From the NCBI GenBank assembly GCA_003246895.1, contig QKCL01000048.1:55019-119018 (forward strand): DNA of 64,000 nt, read 5' to 3'. The DNA comes from Spirochaetota bacterium. Its GTDB lineage: Bacteria; Spirochaetota; UBA4802; UBA5550. Positions 48,252-58,778 of this stretch are shown here, piece by piece (position 1 is the first letter of the stretch; every line of letters begins with the position of its first letter). The translations under genes were made by a program, and so were the position numbers. The notes under the pieces are model-generated. The model was not told the DNA's origin and did not search any database. It saw nothing but the letters and a program-made list of their open reading frames with translations.

Positions 48252-48866
48252 ATGACATTAACAACATGGCTGTCGCTGTTTACAATATCTGTTCTGGGGG
48301 CAATGTCTCCGGGGCCCAGTCTTGCAATGGTTGCAAAACACAGCCTCGCCGGAGGGCGCAGAAACGGAATATCCACTGCCTGGGCCCATGCAACAGGCAT
48401 TGCCATATACGCCTTTGTAACTCTGGTCGGGCTGGCTGTTCTCCTTCATAAATTTCCGGTAGTATTCAAGGGAATAAGCTACGGAGGCGCTCTCTATCTT
48501 GCATGGCTCGGTTTTAACTCGCTCCGTTCAAAAGGGGGGGTCGCCGAGAAGATGGAGTCTGGCAGTGCTGTTCCTGTTGCACAGTCTGCAAGAGACGGTT
48601 TTCTTATTTCCATGATGAATCCGAAGATTTCATTTTTTTTCATAGCGCTCTTCAGCCAGTTTGTTGCTGTGGGGGATGAGCTCTTCAGCAAGTCGCTTAT
48701 TGTTCTTACCCCCTTCATGGTGGACGGGTTATGGTATACATTTGTTGCATTTATTCTTTCAAACCCAAGGGTACTTGAAAAGCTCCGGTCAAGGGCAGTG
48801 CTCATTGACCGCCTGTCGGGTGTGGTTCTGATTGCACTGGCAGTACGTGTGTTTGTTTCTGTGTAG
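48252..48866 (+). CDS. LysE/RhtB-family translocator
   Basis: AMSPGPS, GALYLAWLG and MNPKI. Confidence 0.92.
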   Translation: MTLTTWLSLFTISVLGAMSPGPSLAMVAKHSLAGGRRNGISTAWAHATGIAIYAFVTLVGLAVLLHKFPVVFKGISYGGALYLAWLGFNSLRSKGGVAEKMESGSAVPVAQSARDGFLISMMNPKISFFFIALFSQFVAVGDELFSKSLIVLTPFMVDGLWYTFVAFILSNPRVLEKLRSRAVLIDRLSGVVLIALAVRVFVSV

Positions 48867-48941
48867 GAGAGACCCTCCTTGTTCAGGGTTCGTCAGGCAT
48901 GAGCGGCGGCCAGTGGTCGCCGCCCGTATTGCAGGTAACCG

Positions 48942-50831
48942 TTACTTCTTCTTTATCTCCAGCACGCCGACTATGGCGTCAAGACTGCCGAAGGCCAGTT
49001 TTGTCCCGTCCGGATGAAGTGATAATTCATAGATGCTGTTATAGGTCAGTTCATTGCGTGAAATGAGCCTGCCTTTTTTCATGTCCCATACGCAGACTGA
49101 TCCGTCCCAGCCTGTGGAATAGAGATAGTTCCCGTCCTTTGAATATATCACATTGGCCAGTGACCTTTTATGGGCCTTCAGGGTAGTTACCAGCTTTCTG
49201 CGGGATATATCAAAAACACGTATCCTGCTGTCCCTGCATCCTGCTGAAATGTGTTTTCCGTCGGGACTGTATGCCAGCCACAGAACAGTGGGGCTGCTGC
49301 TTATGATGTAGATTTCTTTTCCGGTTTCGGTGTCAAAGAACTGAATCTTTTTCCCTCCACCTGCCACGGCCAGAGTCTTCCCGTCAGGGCTGTAGGCAAT
49401 GTGGTTTACCAGTGTTTTGAATTCAATGGTTTTCATTATGTTCCCTGTCTGTGCATCCCACAGAATGACCCTGTTCTCTGTGCCGCTTGAAGCGATCTGC
49501 CTGCCGTCGGGGCTGTATACAATACGGGAAATGGGTTTTGTATGGCCCTTCAGTTTGTGCGTAAGTTTCCAGGTTGATGTATCAAAAACAAAGAGGGTTC
49601 TGCTGTTTCCCCCGGCTGCAAGGCTTCTGCCGTCCGGGCTGAAGCAGAGGCCGTTTGTCTGGGTAAACATCAGAATGTGTTTTACCAGAGACCCGTCTGC
49701 GCTGTCCCATATTTTTAGAGTATTGTCTGCCGAGGCGCTGGCGATGATTTTTCCGTCGGGGCTGTATTTGACCACAGGTACAACAGAGTGATGGCCCTCT
49801 ATGATTCTCTTCTCCTCACCGGTTTCAGTATCCCAGAAGCGCACCCTGCCTTTACTGTCTCCCACGGCAGCAGTTTTGCCGTCCGGGTGGAGGGTCAGTT
49901 TCATAAAGGGTTTGTGGTACCGTTTCTGCGCCTTGTCCTCTTTTGTGTTTATTTCTTTAAGCAGTTTGCCGCTTTCCATGTCCCAGACTTTAAGTGTTTC
50001 TTCATAGCTTATGGAATAGAGTCTTTTCCCATCCCTGCTGAACTTCATGTCCCATATGGATTCTCCGCCTGTATTTAGTTCCCCTATGACTGAGAGTTTT
50101 TTAAAGTCACGGATCTTTATGGGGAGTCCTCCGCCCGAGGCAGTGGCCATGAGCTTCCCGTCAGGGGAAATCTCCACAGCCCTGGTATACTCAACGATGG
50201 ATGAAAGCATTCTGCCTGTATTTACATCCCATATGCGGATTGTCCTGTCCTGACCGTAACCGCATGAAACAATATTCTTTCCGTCTGGTGTGAATGCCAG
50301 ATCATAAATTGATTCCGTATGACCGGAGAATGTTCTGATTTTTTTATGAGTTGCCGTATCGAAGAGGTGAATCTCCTTTATGCAGGCAACGGCAAATGTT
50401 TTTTCATCGGGGCTCAGGGTGAGGGAACTGGCTGTGTAAACATCTTTGGTTTTCCATATCTGTTTCCATGTTTCAGTATCCCACATTTCGATATTGGGGG
50501 CGAAGTTGCTGAAAATGATTTTTTTGCCGTCTCCGGTGAATACCGCACTGCACACTGCAGGCTGAACGCTGGCTTTTTTGTAGGCCTTCATTTCCGCGGT
50601 GAAGTCTGAACGGGCCCATATCATGGAGCCTGTTTTCATGTCCCAGACCTTCACTGTCCCTGACATGTTTCCGTATATGAGGTATCTGCCGTCTGTGCTG
50701 TAGTTCAGGGCCATGACAAAGTCATCCCTGCCTCCGCTTTTCATCCACAGGGGTTTAATTCCTATAGTTTCAGCAATTGCAGCAGCAGAAAAGGTGCATA
50801 ACAGGGACATAACAAGAAATATTTTTCGCAT
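48942..50831 (-). CDS. Secreted WD40-repeat protein (about 14 blades)
   Basis: Signal peptide; repeated GH...(Y/F)SPDG...WD units. Confidence 0.9.
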   Translation of the reverse strand: MRKIFLVMSLLCTFSAAAIAETIGIKPLWMKSGGRDDFVMALNYSTDGRYLIYGNMSGTVKVWDMKTGSMIWARSDFTAEMKAYKKASVQPAVCSAVFTGDGKKIIFSNFAPNIEMWDTETWKQIWKTKDVYTASSLTLSPDEKTFAVACIKEIHLFDTATHKKIRTFSGHTESIYDLAFTPDGKNIVSCGYGQDRTIRIWDVNTGRMLSSIVEYTRAVEISPDGKLMATASGGGLPIKIRDFKKLSVIGELNTGGESIWDMKFSRDGKRLYSISYEETLKVWDMESGKLLKEINTKEDKAQKRYHKPFMKLTLHPDGKTAAVGDSKGRVRFWDTETGEEKRIIEGHHSVVPVVKYSPDGKIIASASADNTLKIWDSADGSLVKHILMFTQTNGLCFSPDGRSLAAGGNSRTLFVFDTSTWKLTHKLKGHTKPISRIVYSPDGRQIASSGTENRVILWDAQTGNIMKTIEFKTLVNHIAYSPDGKTLAVAGGGKKIQFFDTETGKEIYIISSSPTVLWLAYSPDGKHISAGCRDSRIRVFDISRRKLVTTLKAHKRSLANVIYSKDGNYLYSTGWDGSVCVWDMKKGRLISRNELTYNSIYELSLHPDGTKLAFGSLDAIVGVLEIKKK

Positions 50832-51127
50832 GGGAGCCTCCGGAAAGTTTTCATGGGTCACTGTTAAATATAGTATATGTCAGGAGATATTAAAAATAAA
50901 AATCGTATTGTCGTATAATGGTGCGGTTTGAGGGGACATGTGAATCGCTGTTTGTCCCGCTGCAGCCGGTGAAGCGGCAGTTTTTAATAAACCGGATTTC
51001 TGTATGGAAGAAGCTATGAAGGAGATTCTGCCGGCCAGTGCATATCTCCGGGTTTCTCCGTGAATAACGGCCGGTTCCGGTCATGAAAGATGTGTTGTCT
51101 AAGCCGGTATATTCAGCTGACTGGGGG

Positions 51128-51568
51128 TCAGGGGACTGATTCTATCCGCAAAGGAGTCTCATCGAAACTGCATCGAACCTGCAACGGAGTGGCTTCGAAG
51201 GAGCAGGCTCTATGGAGAGAAGAGAAGGTACAGACGGTTAACTTCTCCTGCCTGAGAGCTCTTTTTTCTAATACTGTTTGTCCGCCTCCAGTCATATACT
51301 TTGATATGAAGAGATTGTATCCTCTCCCGCGGTTCATTCTGCCGGATGCCATTCTGTTGTAGTAATTCTTCTCATTTACTGAAATGGACTGCCAGGCCCT
51401 GACTGCCTCTGCAAAGAGGCTGCGGGTTTCTTTCTGTTTTTCAGTGTCGGGATTGCGGGGGACCACATATCTCCTTACATAGACTTTGCTTCTTATCTGA
51501 TAGAATACAAGGCTGCCCAGTCTGCCTGAAAAACCTGTAGATACGGGGTTAAGTTCAACTGCTGCCAT
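51128..51568 (-). CDS. Small basic DUF6266-like protein
   Basis: GFSGRLGSLVFY..YVR..PRNPDTEKQ..R..F..A..AW...GYNLFISKYM; AAGGAG SD. Confidence 0.7.
   Translation of the reverse strand: MAAVELNPVSTGFSGRLGSLVFYQIRSKVYVRRYVVPRNPDTEKQKETRSLFAEAVRAWQSISVNEKNYYNRMASGRMNRGRGYNLFISKYMTGGGQTVLEKRALRQEKLTVCTFSSLHRACSFEATPLQVRCSFDETPLRIESVP
51140..51205. repeat. Degenerate 11-bp tandem array (6 units)
   Basis: ttctatccgca/aaggagtctca/tcgaaactgca/tcgaacctgca/acggagtggct/tcgaaggagca. Confidence 0.65.
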
Positions 51569-51933
51569 GGTTCTCTCCTTTTTTTGTATATAACGAATAA
51601 TGGGCCGTGAAAATTAAGTATAAAAAGGGCTTATGGGGAGAAATTTCAGCAGGTTACGGCCTTCCTTTGTCTCCTTCCGAACATGGAGCCATAGTTGGAC
51701 GGGGTTGTAAAAAGTAATCATGGATTTGAATGACGGCACAGGGCAGAACAGGCGCTTCCGGGGGGAACAGTTTAAGGCATGCACTCAGGTATATGGAACT
51801 TATGCAATAAAACCGGTTGCTTTAGCGGTTGTATTTAAAAAGTCTTGTATTGTCAGGACAATGGGATATAATCTGACTGTAATAAAGAATAATTTTTCAG
51901 GGATAATTTTATCCTGCCGGAAACGGGTGCTCC

Positions 51934-54432
51934 ATGGAATATAAAGATAAAACGAAAGAGGAACTTCAGAATGAAATAGCCATTCTCCGTAAACGGGTTG
52001 AGGAGATGGAAAAGATCATCAGTTGCGGCTGCAATGGTGAAGGAGAAAATTCTGTCCATGATGATTTTTCAGAGGGTGGGCTCTCAGAGAATGACCTGAA
52101 CATTCTGAACAGGTATTCTGTCGAAACAGCTGCCGAAGAAGTTTTCTGGATGAATGATGATTCAAGGATAGTCTATGTCAATGAATTAGCCTGCAGAAGG
52201 CTTGGCTACACAAAAGATGAAATGCTTAAGATGCACATATGGGACTGGAACCCTCTTGTTACAGAAGAAAAGTGGAAAGCCCATTTCAATGACATGCCTG
52301 TAAATGGAGTAAAAATTATTGAAACGCAGCACAGAACGAAAGATGGCGAGATCGTTACTGTTGAAGTAAGATCCGGCATCTTTGAACTCAGGGGGAGGAA
52401 ACTGGTTCTGGCATCCGTTAATGATATTACCGAGTGGAAGATGCTTGAAGAAAGCCTTGTGAGAAAAAACAGGGAATTTGAAGCTATCTTTAACTCAATT
52501 ACCGACGCAATTGTTTTTACAGATACATCCCGCACCATAGTCATGGTAAACCCCGCATTTACAGAAATTTCAGGTTATTCCCGGCAGGAGGCAGTGGGGA
52601 AATCAACGCTGTTCTTTTATGACACCCCTGAAAGTTTTGCCATGCAGGAGAAGCTGCGTTTCAATCTGGATACTCATGGAGTTTCTCCCAATTATGTTAC
52701 CAGGTACCGCAGAAAGGATGGAACCTTTTTCTGGAGCGATACTCTCGGAGTCCGGGTTAATGACGATAATGGAAATATTATCGGGTTTCTGGGGATTATC
52801 CGTGACATTACTGACCGCATTGAGGCGGAGAGGGAAATACAGGAGAACAGGGCCAGACTTCTGGCGTGCCTTGACAGCATGACAGACGGGATCATGATTT
52901 CAGACAGTGACGGCAGAAATCTTGAAATGAACGAAGCCTGGGCCAGATTGAGCGGATATGAAAACAAGGAAGAGTATCTGAAGGTCTATTCCGAATTCAG
53001 GGATTTTACCGGAGAAGAGGGCTTCGAATTAACCTTTGAGGATGGTACTCCTGCCCCGCCCGAGGAGTGGGCAACCCCCAGAGCCCTGAGGGGGGAAAAG
53101 AAGACCAATGTAATATACAGGATATACGTTAAGGATACAGGTAAAACCTATTTTTATTCTTTCAGTTTCAGCCCCATCCGCAATGAAAAGTCCGGGATTA
53201 TCGGGTCGGTAGTTGTTTCACGTGATGTTACTGAACAGAAAAGAAATGAAGAGCTCCAGAGGGGAATTGAAGAGCGTCTGCGTCAGGCAGAAAAAATGGA
53301 ATCCTTAGGCACCCTTGCGGAAGGCATAGCGCACAATTTTAACAATATCCTGGGGACAATAATGGGATATACCGAAATGGCCAGACTGGACTATTTATGC
53401 GGCAAAAATACTGTAGAAAACCTCTCACAGGTACTGGATGCGGCGGACAGGGCAAAAGACCTGGTAAGGGATATTCTTGCCTTCAGCAGTAAGGGTAAGG
53501 TTGAACCCAGACCAATGAAGATACAGCCTGTAATCAATGAAGCAATGAAAATGGTGCGTTCATCCATTCCTGCGGAGATTACCATGGTCCATGACATTGA
53601 CCCTGACTGCAGGGCAGTACTTGCCGATTCCGGCCAGGTGCATCAGATTTTTTACCATCTGGGAATAAACGCCTGTCACGCAATGGAAGAAAAAGGGGGA
53701 GTACTGTCTGTGACATTAAGGAATGCCCTGATCCAGACAGAAGATCATGAAAGGCTCATTACTGTTCCGGAAGGGGAGTTTGTTGAACTGGTTGTTTCAG
53801 ACACGGGAACAGGTATGGAAAAGAGTATTGCCGATAAAATTTTCGAGCCGTTTTTTACCACAAAAGAACAGGGGAAGGGTACCGGAATGGGCCTCTCTGT
53901 CGTTTACGGAATGGTAAAAGGGGCCGGCGGGGGCATTTATGTCGATTCTGTGCCTGGAGAAGGAAGCGCTTTTCACATTTATTTTCCTGTAACTGCTGAA
54001 CCGGAAAAAGCTGTTAAAAATGAATCCATGGATATCCCCCATGGAAAAGGCCGTATTCTATTTGTGGATGATGAGATACTCCTGACCCAGATGGCAAAAC
54101 TGTTTCTTGAAAAACTTGGATATGATGTTACGGAAGCACATGACGGACTTGATGCCCTGAAGGTTTTTCAGGGTGATCCTGAATCTTTTGATATGGTAAT
54201 TACAGACCAGACAATGCCTGAACTGACAGGGTCTGACCTGGCCGCTGAAATTGTAAAGATACGTCCGGACCTGCCCATTGTCCTGTGCAGCGGTTACAGC
54301 AATGTTGTTGATGAGGCCACTGCCAAAACTCTGGGAATCAGGGGATTCCTGCCGAAACCCTTCTTTATGGAAACAATCGCAGAAGTTATACGTAATGTTA
54401 TTGATGAGACCACTGAAGATACTTGCCCTTAA
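51934..54432 (+). CDS. Cytoplasmic multi-PAS hybrid histidine kinase/response regulator
   Basis: Three PAS/PAC units, GIAHNFNNIL, DTGTGM, FFTTK, GTGMGL and receiver ILFVDDE...ITDQTMP...LPKPF. Confidence 0.93.
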   Translation: MEYKDKTKEELQNEIAILRKRVEEMEKIISCGCNGEGENSVHDDFSEGGLSENDLNILNRYSVETAAEEVFWMNDDSRIVYVNELACRRLGYTKDEMLKMHIWDWNPLVTEEKWKAHFNDMPVNGVKIIETQHRTKDGEIVTVEVRSGIFELRGRKLVLASVNDITEWKMLEESLVRKNREFEAIFNSITDAIVFTDTSRTIVMVNPAFTEISGYSRQEAVGKSTLFFYDTPESFAMQEKLRFNLDTHGVSPNYVTRYRRKDGTFFWSDTLGVRVNDDNGNIIGFLGIIRDITDRIEAEREIQENRARLLACLDSMTDGIMISDSDGRNLEMNEAWARLSGYENKEEYLKVYSEFRDFTGEEGFELTFEDGTPAPPEEWATPRALRGEKKTNVIYRIYVKDTGKTYFYSFSFSPIRNEKSGIIGSVVVSRDVTEQKRNEELQRGIEERLRQAEKMESLGTLAEGIAHNFNNILGTIMGYTEMARLDYLCGKNTVENLSQVLDAADRAKDLVRDILAFSSKGKVEPRPMKIQPVINEAMKMVRSSIPAEITMVHDIDPDCRAVLADSGQVHQIFYHLGINACHAMEEKGGVLSVTLRNALIQTEDHERLITVPEGEFVELVVSDTGTGMEKSIADKIFEPFFTTKEQGKGTGMGLSVVYGMVKGAGGGIYVDSVPGEGSAFHIYFPVTAEPEKAVKNESMDIPHGKGRILFVDDEILLTQMAKLFLEKLGYDVTEAHDGLDALKVFQGDPESFDMVITDQTMPELTGSDLAAEIVKIRPDLPIVLCSGYSNVVDEATAKTLGIRGFLPKPFFMETIAEVIRNVIDETTEDTCP

Positions 54433-54539
54433 AATAAATGAACAGCGTTTTATTATAATGTATTCATTAAATACTGCATGTCCCGGTTAAAACAGAGGGC
54501 TATTTCAGAGGTTTTATCCTTCCCCGAAGGTCTATCTCT

Positions 54540-55021
54540 TCAGCCGGACACTCCTCTGCTCATGGCTCCCTGTATGTTTACATCGTAGTGTTTGAATGGT
54601 ACCCTCTATGCTCCGAATGCATGGTTTACCACTGTTCCGTATGCCGCACCTGTCCTGAAAATTACAGGATCGTATTCCATGTCAAAGAGAAGGTTTCCTT
54701 CTGACGAGTAGACTCTCCATCTGACAGTGGACTTGCCCGGTTTAAGATGGAGAGCAAAGTATTTGTCTCCCTTGAGCTCTTCAATTTTTTTCCCGTTAAC
54801 ATAGAAATGAACCAGGTCGCCACAAATTAATATGGAATTCTGACGTGCGGCATAAAGGATTGCATTCTCTCCTGATTTAAACTTTGTATAAATGATTTGC
54901 ATGATGAAAGAGTAACTGTTATAAGGAGAATGCATATTACAGGAAGAAAATTGATTGTTGCAGTTCTTGTTTCGAAATTTTTTGCTGCTGTGGATATGAA
55001 TGGAAAGGATAATATTTTAAT
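54540..55021 (-). pseudogene. Decayed DUF2846-like lipoprotein gene
   Basis: GAGAGG SD followed by ATT; lipobox LSSC in one frame; DUF2846-like body (FYVNGKKI..LKGDKYF..LKPG) in another frame; internal TAG at 54606. Confidence 0.55.
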
Positions 55022-55180
55022 GATCGGCCTCTCTTTGGCGTATGAATAATATTCTTATACAGAAAAGATCAGTGAAATTTCCTTTCTTTAGTGTTCCTTT
55101 AGCGAAAGAATAATAAGTGAAGAAGAATTTATCAAAAAAAGATAAGGTCTTGATTTGATGTTGTAAAAGGTGTAATAAGT

Positions 55181-55224
55181 GCCGTCAGTTAGCGCCGCAA
55201 TACATTGCTTCCCTAACTGACGGT
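55181..55224 (-). terminator. Hairpin after the lipoprotein gene
   Basis: GCCGTCAGTTAG...CTAACTGACGGT stem. Confidence 0.5.
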
Positions 55225-55233
55225 AGTTGTAAA

Positions 55234-55626
55234 TTATTGAGAAGAGACCCTTATGAATTTTTCATAATTCTGCCCGTCACAGTTGAAATCGGTTACCATC
55301 ATGTCATTGTTTTTATATATAATGCATGAACGCTGCACTGTTCCGCTTCCCAGCACAGTATAGATGGTGCTGCCGCTGACCCTGTATCTGGCGGGTTTTA
55401 AAAATGCGGCAGTTCCGTGATAGACGCGCCAGCCGTCACTGGTGTATTCAGTAATATTTCTGGCGCTCTTCTGGTCGCGGCACGTGCCGTAACTGTCACA
55501 GCCGCTGCCCACATAAAGCCATTTGCCCTCAATCCCTGACGTATTCCAGCCGGAATTTCTCTGTGTGGAAGTTGTACAGCTGCTGATCAGAAAAGCGGCA
55601 AACATCAGAATAACTGTTTTTTTCAT
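55234..55626 (-). CDS. Small lipoprotein (lipocalin-like)
   Basis: Lipobox ISSC, IEGKW motif and AAGGAG SD. Confidence 0.75.
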   Translation of the reverse strand: MKKTVILMFAAFLISSCTTSTQRNSGWNTSGIEGKWLYVGSGCDSYGTCRDQKSARNITEYTSDGWRVYHGTAAFLKPARYRVSGSTIYTVLGSGTVQRSCIIYKNNDMMVTDFNCDGQNYEKFIRVSSQ

Positions 55627-55916
55627 ATTATATCACTCCTTTTTGTTTTTTTCAGGCAAGGGGGGGAGCAAATAATTTTTTTTTGTGCATTCTTTATGAT
55701 ATGGAACTATAGAATATTTCCATGGAATGCAGCTGTTTATTGATTATTACTCCCGGATACTGATAAGATAAATTTAAAGAGATGAATAAAAAAATCAACT
55801 TTTTTGGCCTCGTTTACTGTTTATGGACTGCGGTTCGGTTTGTTCAATGAAGCGGGGTTAATGCAGGAGAGTTATGAAAATATTCCGTCCACGATGAGGG
55901 GTTGTGGTGTCTGTCT

Positions 55917-56564
55917 CTATCTCATGAGTATTTTCAGGTCTTTATCAAGTTCAATATCGCTACCGTTGAACTCCCACTTTCCCTTCCCTGCAGGCCTTAT
56001 TATATATGACTTGTCCAGGTGCATTATTTCACCGTCGTAGTCTATATCAGAGATTAACACTATTTTCAGTTTTGCCACTCTGCCTTTCCATGTGGAGCCT
56101 GTTGTCAGTATATACTCAATATAGTCCCCCTCGGCTTCATAGTCCTTTTTCAGAGAGAAGAAGGGAATTCTATATGTGTAATTAACAATGTGTTCCGTTC
56201 TGTCAGTGACAGTGCGGGGCACTGTGAACTTTATCAGGGACCTGTACCTTCCGCCGGCCATGACAAAGAATCTGCCCTCAGGTGCTCCTGTCCACTCGCA
56301 GGGCAGGGGACTTCCGTTCCAGAAGACCTGGAAGTTTTCCATTGTTACCCGGCTGGATACCGGGAAAGCAAGCACTCGGGTGTAGTCTCTTGTGCCTGTG
56401 AAAATGAACCTTACTGTGACATGGGCCTGTCTGCTTTTATCTATATGAATATATACATACTCCTCCTGGAGCTTGACTTGACTTTCACCGGCACTGTATG
56501 CCGGTGAAATAATTAAAAGCATCAGGAGAACTGTATTAATACTTCTTTGCCTTAACTTTGTCAT
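55917..56564 (-). CDS. Secreted DUF4424-like protein
   Basis: Signal peptide; EEYVYI, LAFP and YILTTGSTWKG. Confidence 0.7.
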   Translation of the reverse strand: MTKLRQRSINTVLLMLLIISPAYSAGESQVKLQEEYVYIHIDKSRQAHVTVRFIFTGTRDYTRVLAFPVSSRVTMENFQVFWNGSPLPCEWTGAPEGRFFVMAGGRYRSLIKFTVPRTVTDRTEHIVNYTYRIPFFSLKKDYEAEGDYIEYILTTGSTWKGRVAKLKIVLISDIDYDGEIMHLDKSYIIRPAGKGKWEFNGSDIELDKDLKILMR

Positions 56565-57267
56565 AGGTCCCGAAGTCAATGTTATATCTGATAAGTTTCA
56601 GCTCGGATACGCATGTGTCACTATACTTCTCCCCCTTATAGACACTCAGTATCTGAAGCTTAACCTTTTTTACATTCATGGGCTTTTTGAAGAGTATCTT
56701 CTGGCCCCCTGTCTGGTGGTCGATTATGCATTCGTTCTTCTTTTCTTTCAGGCATGCGAAGTAGGCTTCATTGAATTTCTCCTTCTGTCCTTCGAACTTG
56801 CTGGCTTGATCTCTGCAGAATTCGTCAATACTTCCCATCTTTCCTCCCTCAAGTTCTGTGCCGCAGAGGTTGTCTTTGAATTCTCCTGTAATGACCTTCT
56901 CCTTACCCTTGTCAGGATATACTGTGAGCCTGAAACCCTTTACCCTGTTGTTGCTTTTGTACAGATGCCTGTACTTTCCAAAGCCGTTCAGTATATTGAT
57001 ACCAACGATCTCTTCAGCATCCTTTTCGATTGCCAGGTATTCACCGATTCCGTCATCCTTTTTCCCTTCACACCATGATGTTGCCGGGTCTTCATCAAAG
57101 GCTTTGTCCGGACCGTAATAATCGGCGGGTTTGTTTTTTTCAGTAAGATTTGAACTTGAACTGTATTTCCCGTTAGAGAGAGAAGCAAAAAGAAACTCCG
57201 CTGAATCAGCGTAGACAAGCAGTGCAAGAAATAATACAATTGGAACTGCCAGTAATATTTTTTTCAT
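56536..57267 (-). CDS. Secreted discoidin-like (NADase-type glycan-binding) domain protein
   Basis: KAFDEDPATSWCEG, DGIGEYL, NNRVK and SVYKGEKYSDTCVSEL. Confidence 0.8.
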   Translation of the reverse strand: MKKILLAVPIVLFLALLVYADSAEFLFASLSNGKYSSSSNLTEKNKPADYYGPDKAFDEDPATSWCEGKKDDGIGEYLAIEKDAEEIVGINILNGFGKYRHLYKSNNRVKGFRLTVYPDKGKEKVITGEFKDNLCGTELEGGKMGSIDEFCRDQASKFEGQKEKFNEAYFACLKEKKNECIIDHQTGGQKILFKKPMNVKKVKLQILSVYKGEKYSDTCVSELKLIRYNIDFGTYDKVKAKKY

Positions 57268-57620
57268 GTAATACTCTCCTTATATAGATGTAAATATCTT
57301 CTTTTCTTTTATTTACTGTTCCAGTGATTGAATAATGAATCCGGATACTCATGGATTTTAGATAAAGATGGAGACGGTCCCTGATAACCTATGGTGTAAA
57401 GAAGATCCGGATTTGAATGACTGGATATTCCGGTATATGACTGGGAGGCGGGAGATTTATCTCCCTGAAATTTCAGATGCAGCAGAGGCCCCAAATATGA
57501 CATTATACTCCTCCTGTGTGAAGAGGTTCTGTGAATTACTGAAATTTAAAACTATTATGGGGAAAAACAAAAAAATAGTGCTGAATACTACAGTAAATAA
57601 TATAAAAAAACTATCTCTAC

Positions 57621-58778
57621 TCACAGTAGAGATATTACCCTGTCCCGGCCGTTTTTTTTGGCCTCATATAGTGCAGAATCAGCCCTCTGTATAAGGCCTT
57701 CATAGTCATCATGTTCCGGATTAAAGCTGGCTATGCCGAAGCTGCATGTTATGGCTATTGATTCAGGGCCGTATTCAAAGGGGGTGTTTTTTACAGCTGC
57801 CCGCAGCCGTTCACCAAGATGCCTGGCGTTTGCTCTGTCTGTTTTCGGAAGCACGAAGGCAAACTCCTCCCCTCCGTAACGGGCCAGGAGGTCTGTAGTG
57901 CGTATGCATTTTTTGAAAACGTTTACTGTATGGAGCAATACCGCATCTCCTGTTACATGGCCGTAGGTGTCATTTATTTTCTTGAAAAAGTCAATGTCAC
58001 TTATAATAAGACTCAGCGGATCCCCGCTTCTCATGGAAAGAGCTATTTCTCTTTTGAAAGATTCCCTCATGGCTCTTCTGTTTAAAACAGATGTTAGTGA
58101 ATCATGGCGTGCGGTTTCCGCAAGAGTATGCTGAAGCCTGTAGCTGATGAGAAAAATTGCAGAAAGTGTTGCCCATACAGCTGACATGAGGTATACAAGG
58201 TTAATCAGAATATTTGCCGGCGAGGTAAAAGATGGAGCGCCGACGTTGTGTGCAACCATAAACAGTGTTATCCTGTATATGCCGATAATTCCCATTATCA
58301 TAAACGGCGTGGATGCAAAAATGTGCATGCGGAGCTGGGATTTTTCAGCTCCCTTTATAAGCACACTCACTATAAAAATGCAGGTTATGAGTATAACAAT
58401 ATTGAGAATAATGACTCTGGCTGCAAAGCTCGGTTCATAGTAGGTATACCATATGAAAGCAGTAACCTGAAACAGCGGAAGAAGCAGCAGTAAAATACGT
58501 CTTCGCGGGAAAACGGACAGAAGCCGGCAGTAGAGTTCACAGTATGAGAGTTGTGCAAGTACACAGAAAAGATTAAATAGTATTATGCTGAAAAAGTCAG
58601 GAATAATATCTCTGAAGTTCGCCAGAAAGAAGGATACTGAAAATAATGCCCCTGCCATGGCGGCCCAGATGAAGTGGTGGTTTTCCTTTCTGCTGAAACT
58701 GAAAAGAAATGTCGCCAGACTGATTGTGCCTGTAATGAGACATGTTATTATGAAGGTTGTTGAAAAATCCAGATTCAT
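57621..58778 (-). CDS. Membrane-bound diguanylate cyclase
   Basis: TM region, DIDFFKKINDTYGH and RTTD-LLARY-GGEEF. Confidence 0.9.
   Translation of the reverse strand: MNLDFSTTFIITCLITGTISLATFLFSFSRKENHHFIWAAMAGALFSVSFFLANFRDIIPDFFSIILFNLFCVLAQLSYCELYCRLLSVFPRRRILLLLLPLFQVTAFIWYTYYEPSFAARVIILNIVILITCIFIVSVLIKGAEKSQLRMHIFASTPFMIMGIIGIYRITLFMVAHNVGAPSFTSPANILINLVYLMSAVWATLSAIFLISYRLQHTLAETARHDSLTSVLNRRAMRESFKREIALSMRSGDPLSLIISDIDFFKKINDTYGHVTGDAVLLHTVNVFKKCIRTTDLLARYGGEEFAFVLPKTDRANARHLGERLRAAVKNTPFEYGPESIAITCSFGIASFNPEHDDYEGLIQRADSALYEAKKNGRDRVISLL

Noticed and set aside
48942-50831. Recurring CCGTCGGGGCTG-like DNA repeats suggested an array
   Set aside because: Explained by SPDG codons of the WD40 blades; not CRISPR
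51600-51830. Possible continuation of the 11-bp periodicity upstream of the DUF6266-like gene
   Set aside because: GG-containing motifs recur but their spacing is irregular by eye; an autocorrelation test is needed
57368-57694. 108-aa + strand ORF, possibly a gene fragment
   Set aside because: No SD or recognisable motif, and it overlaps the end of the convergent GGDEF gene
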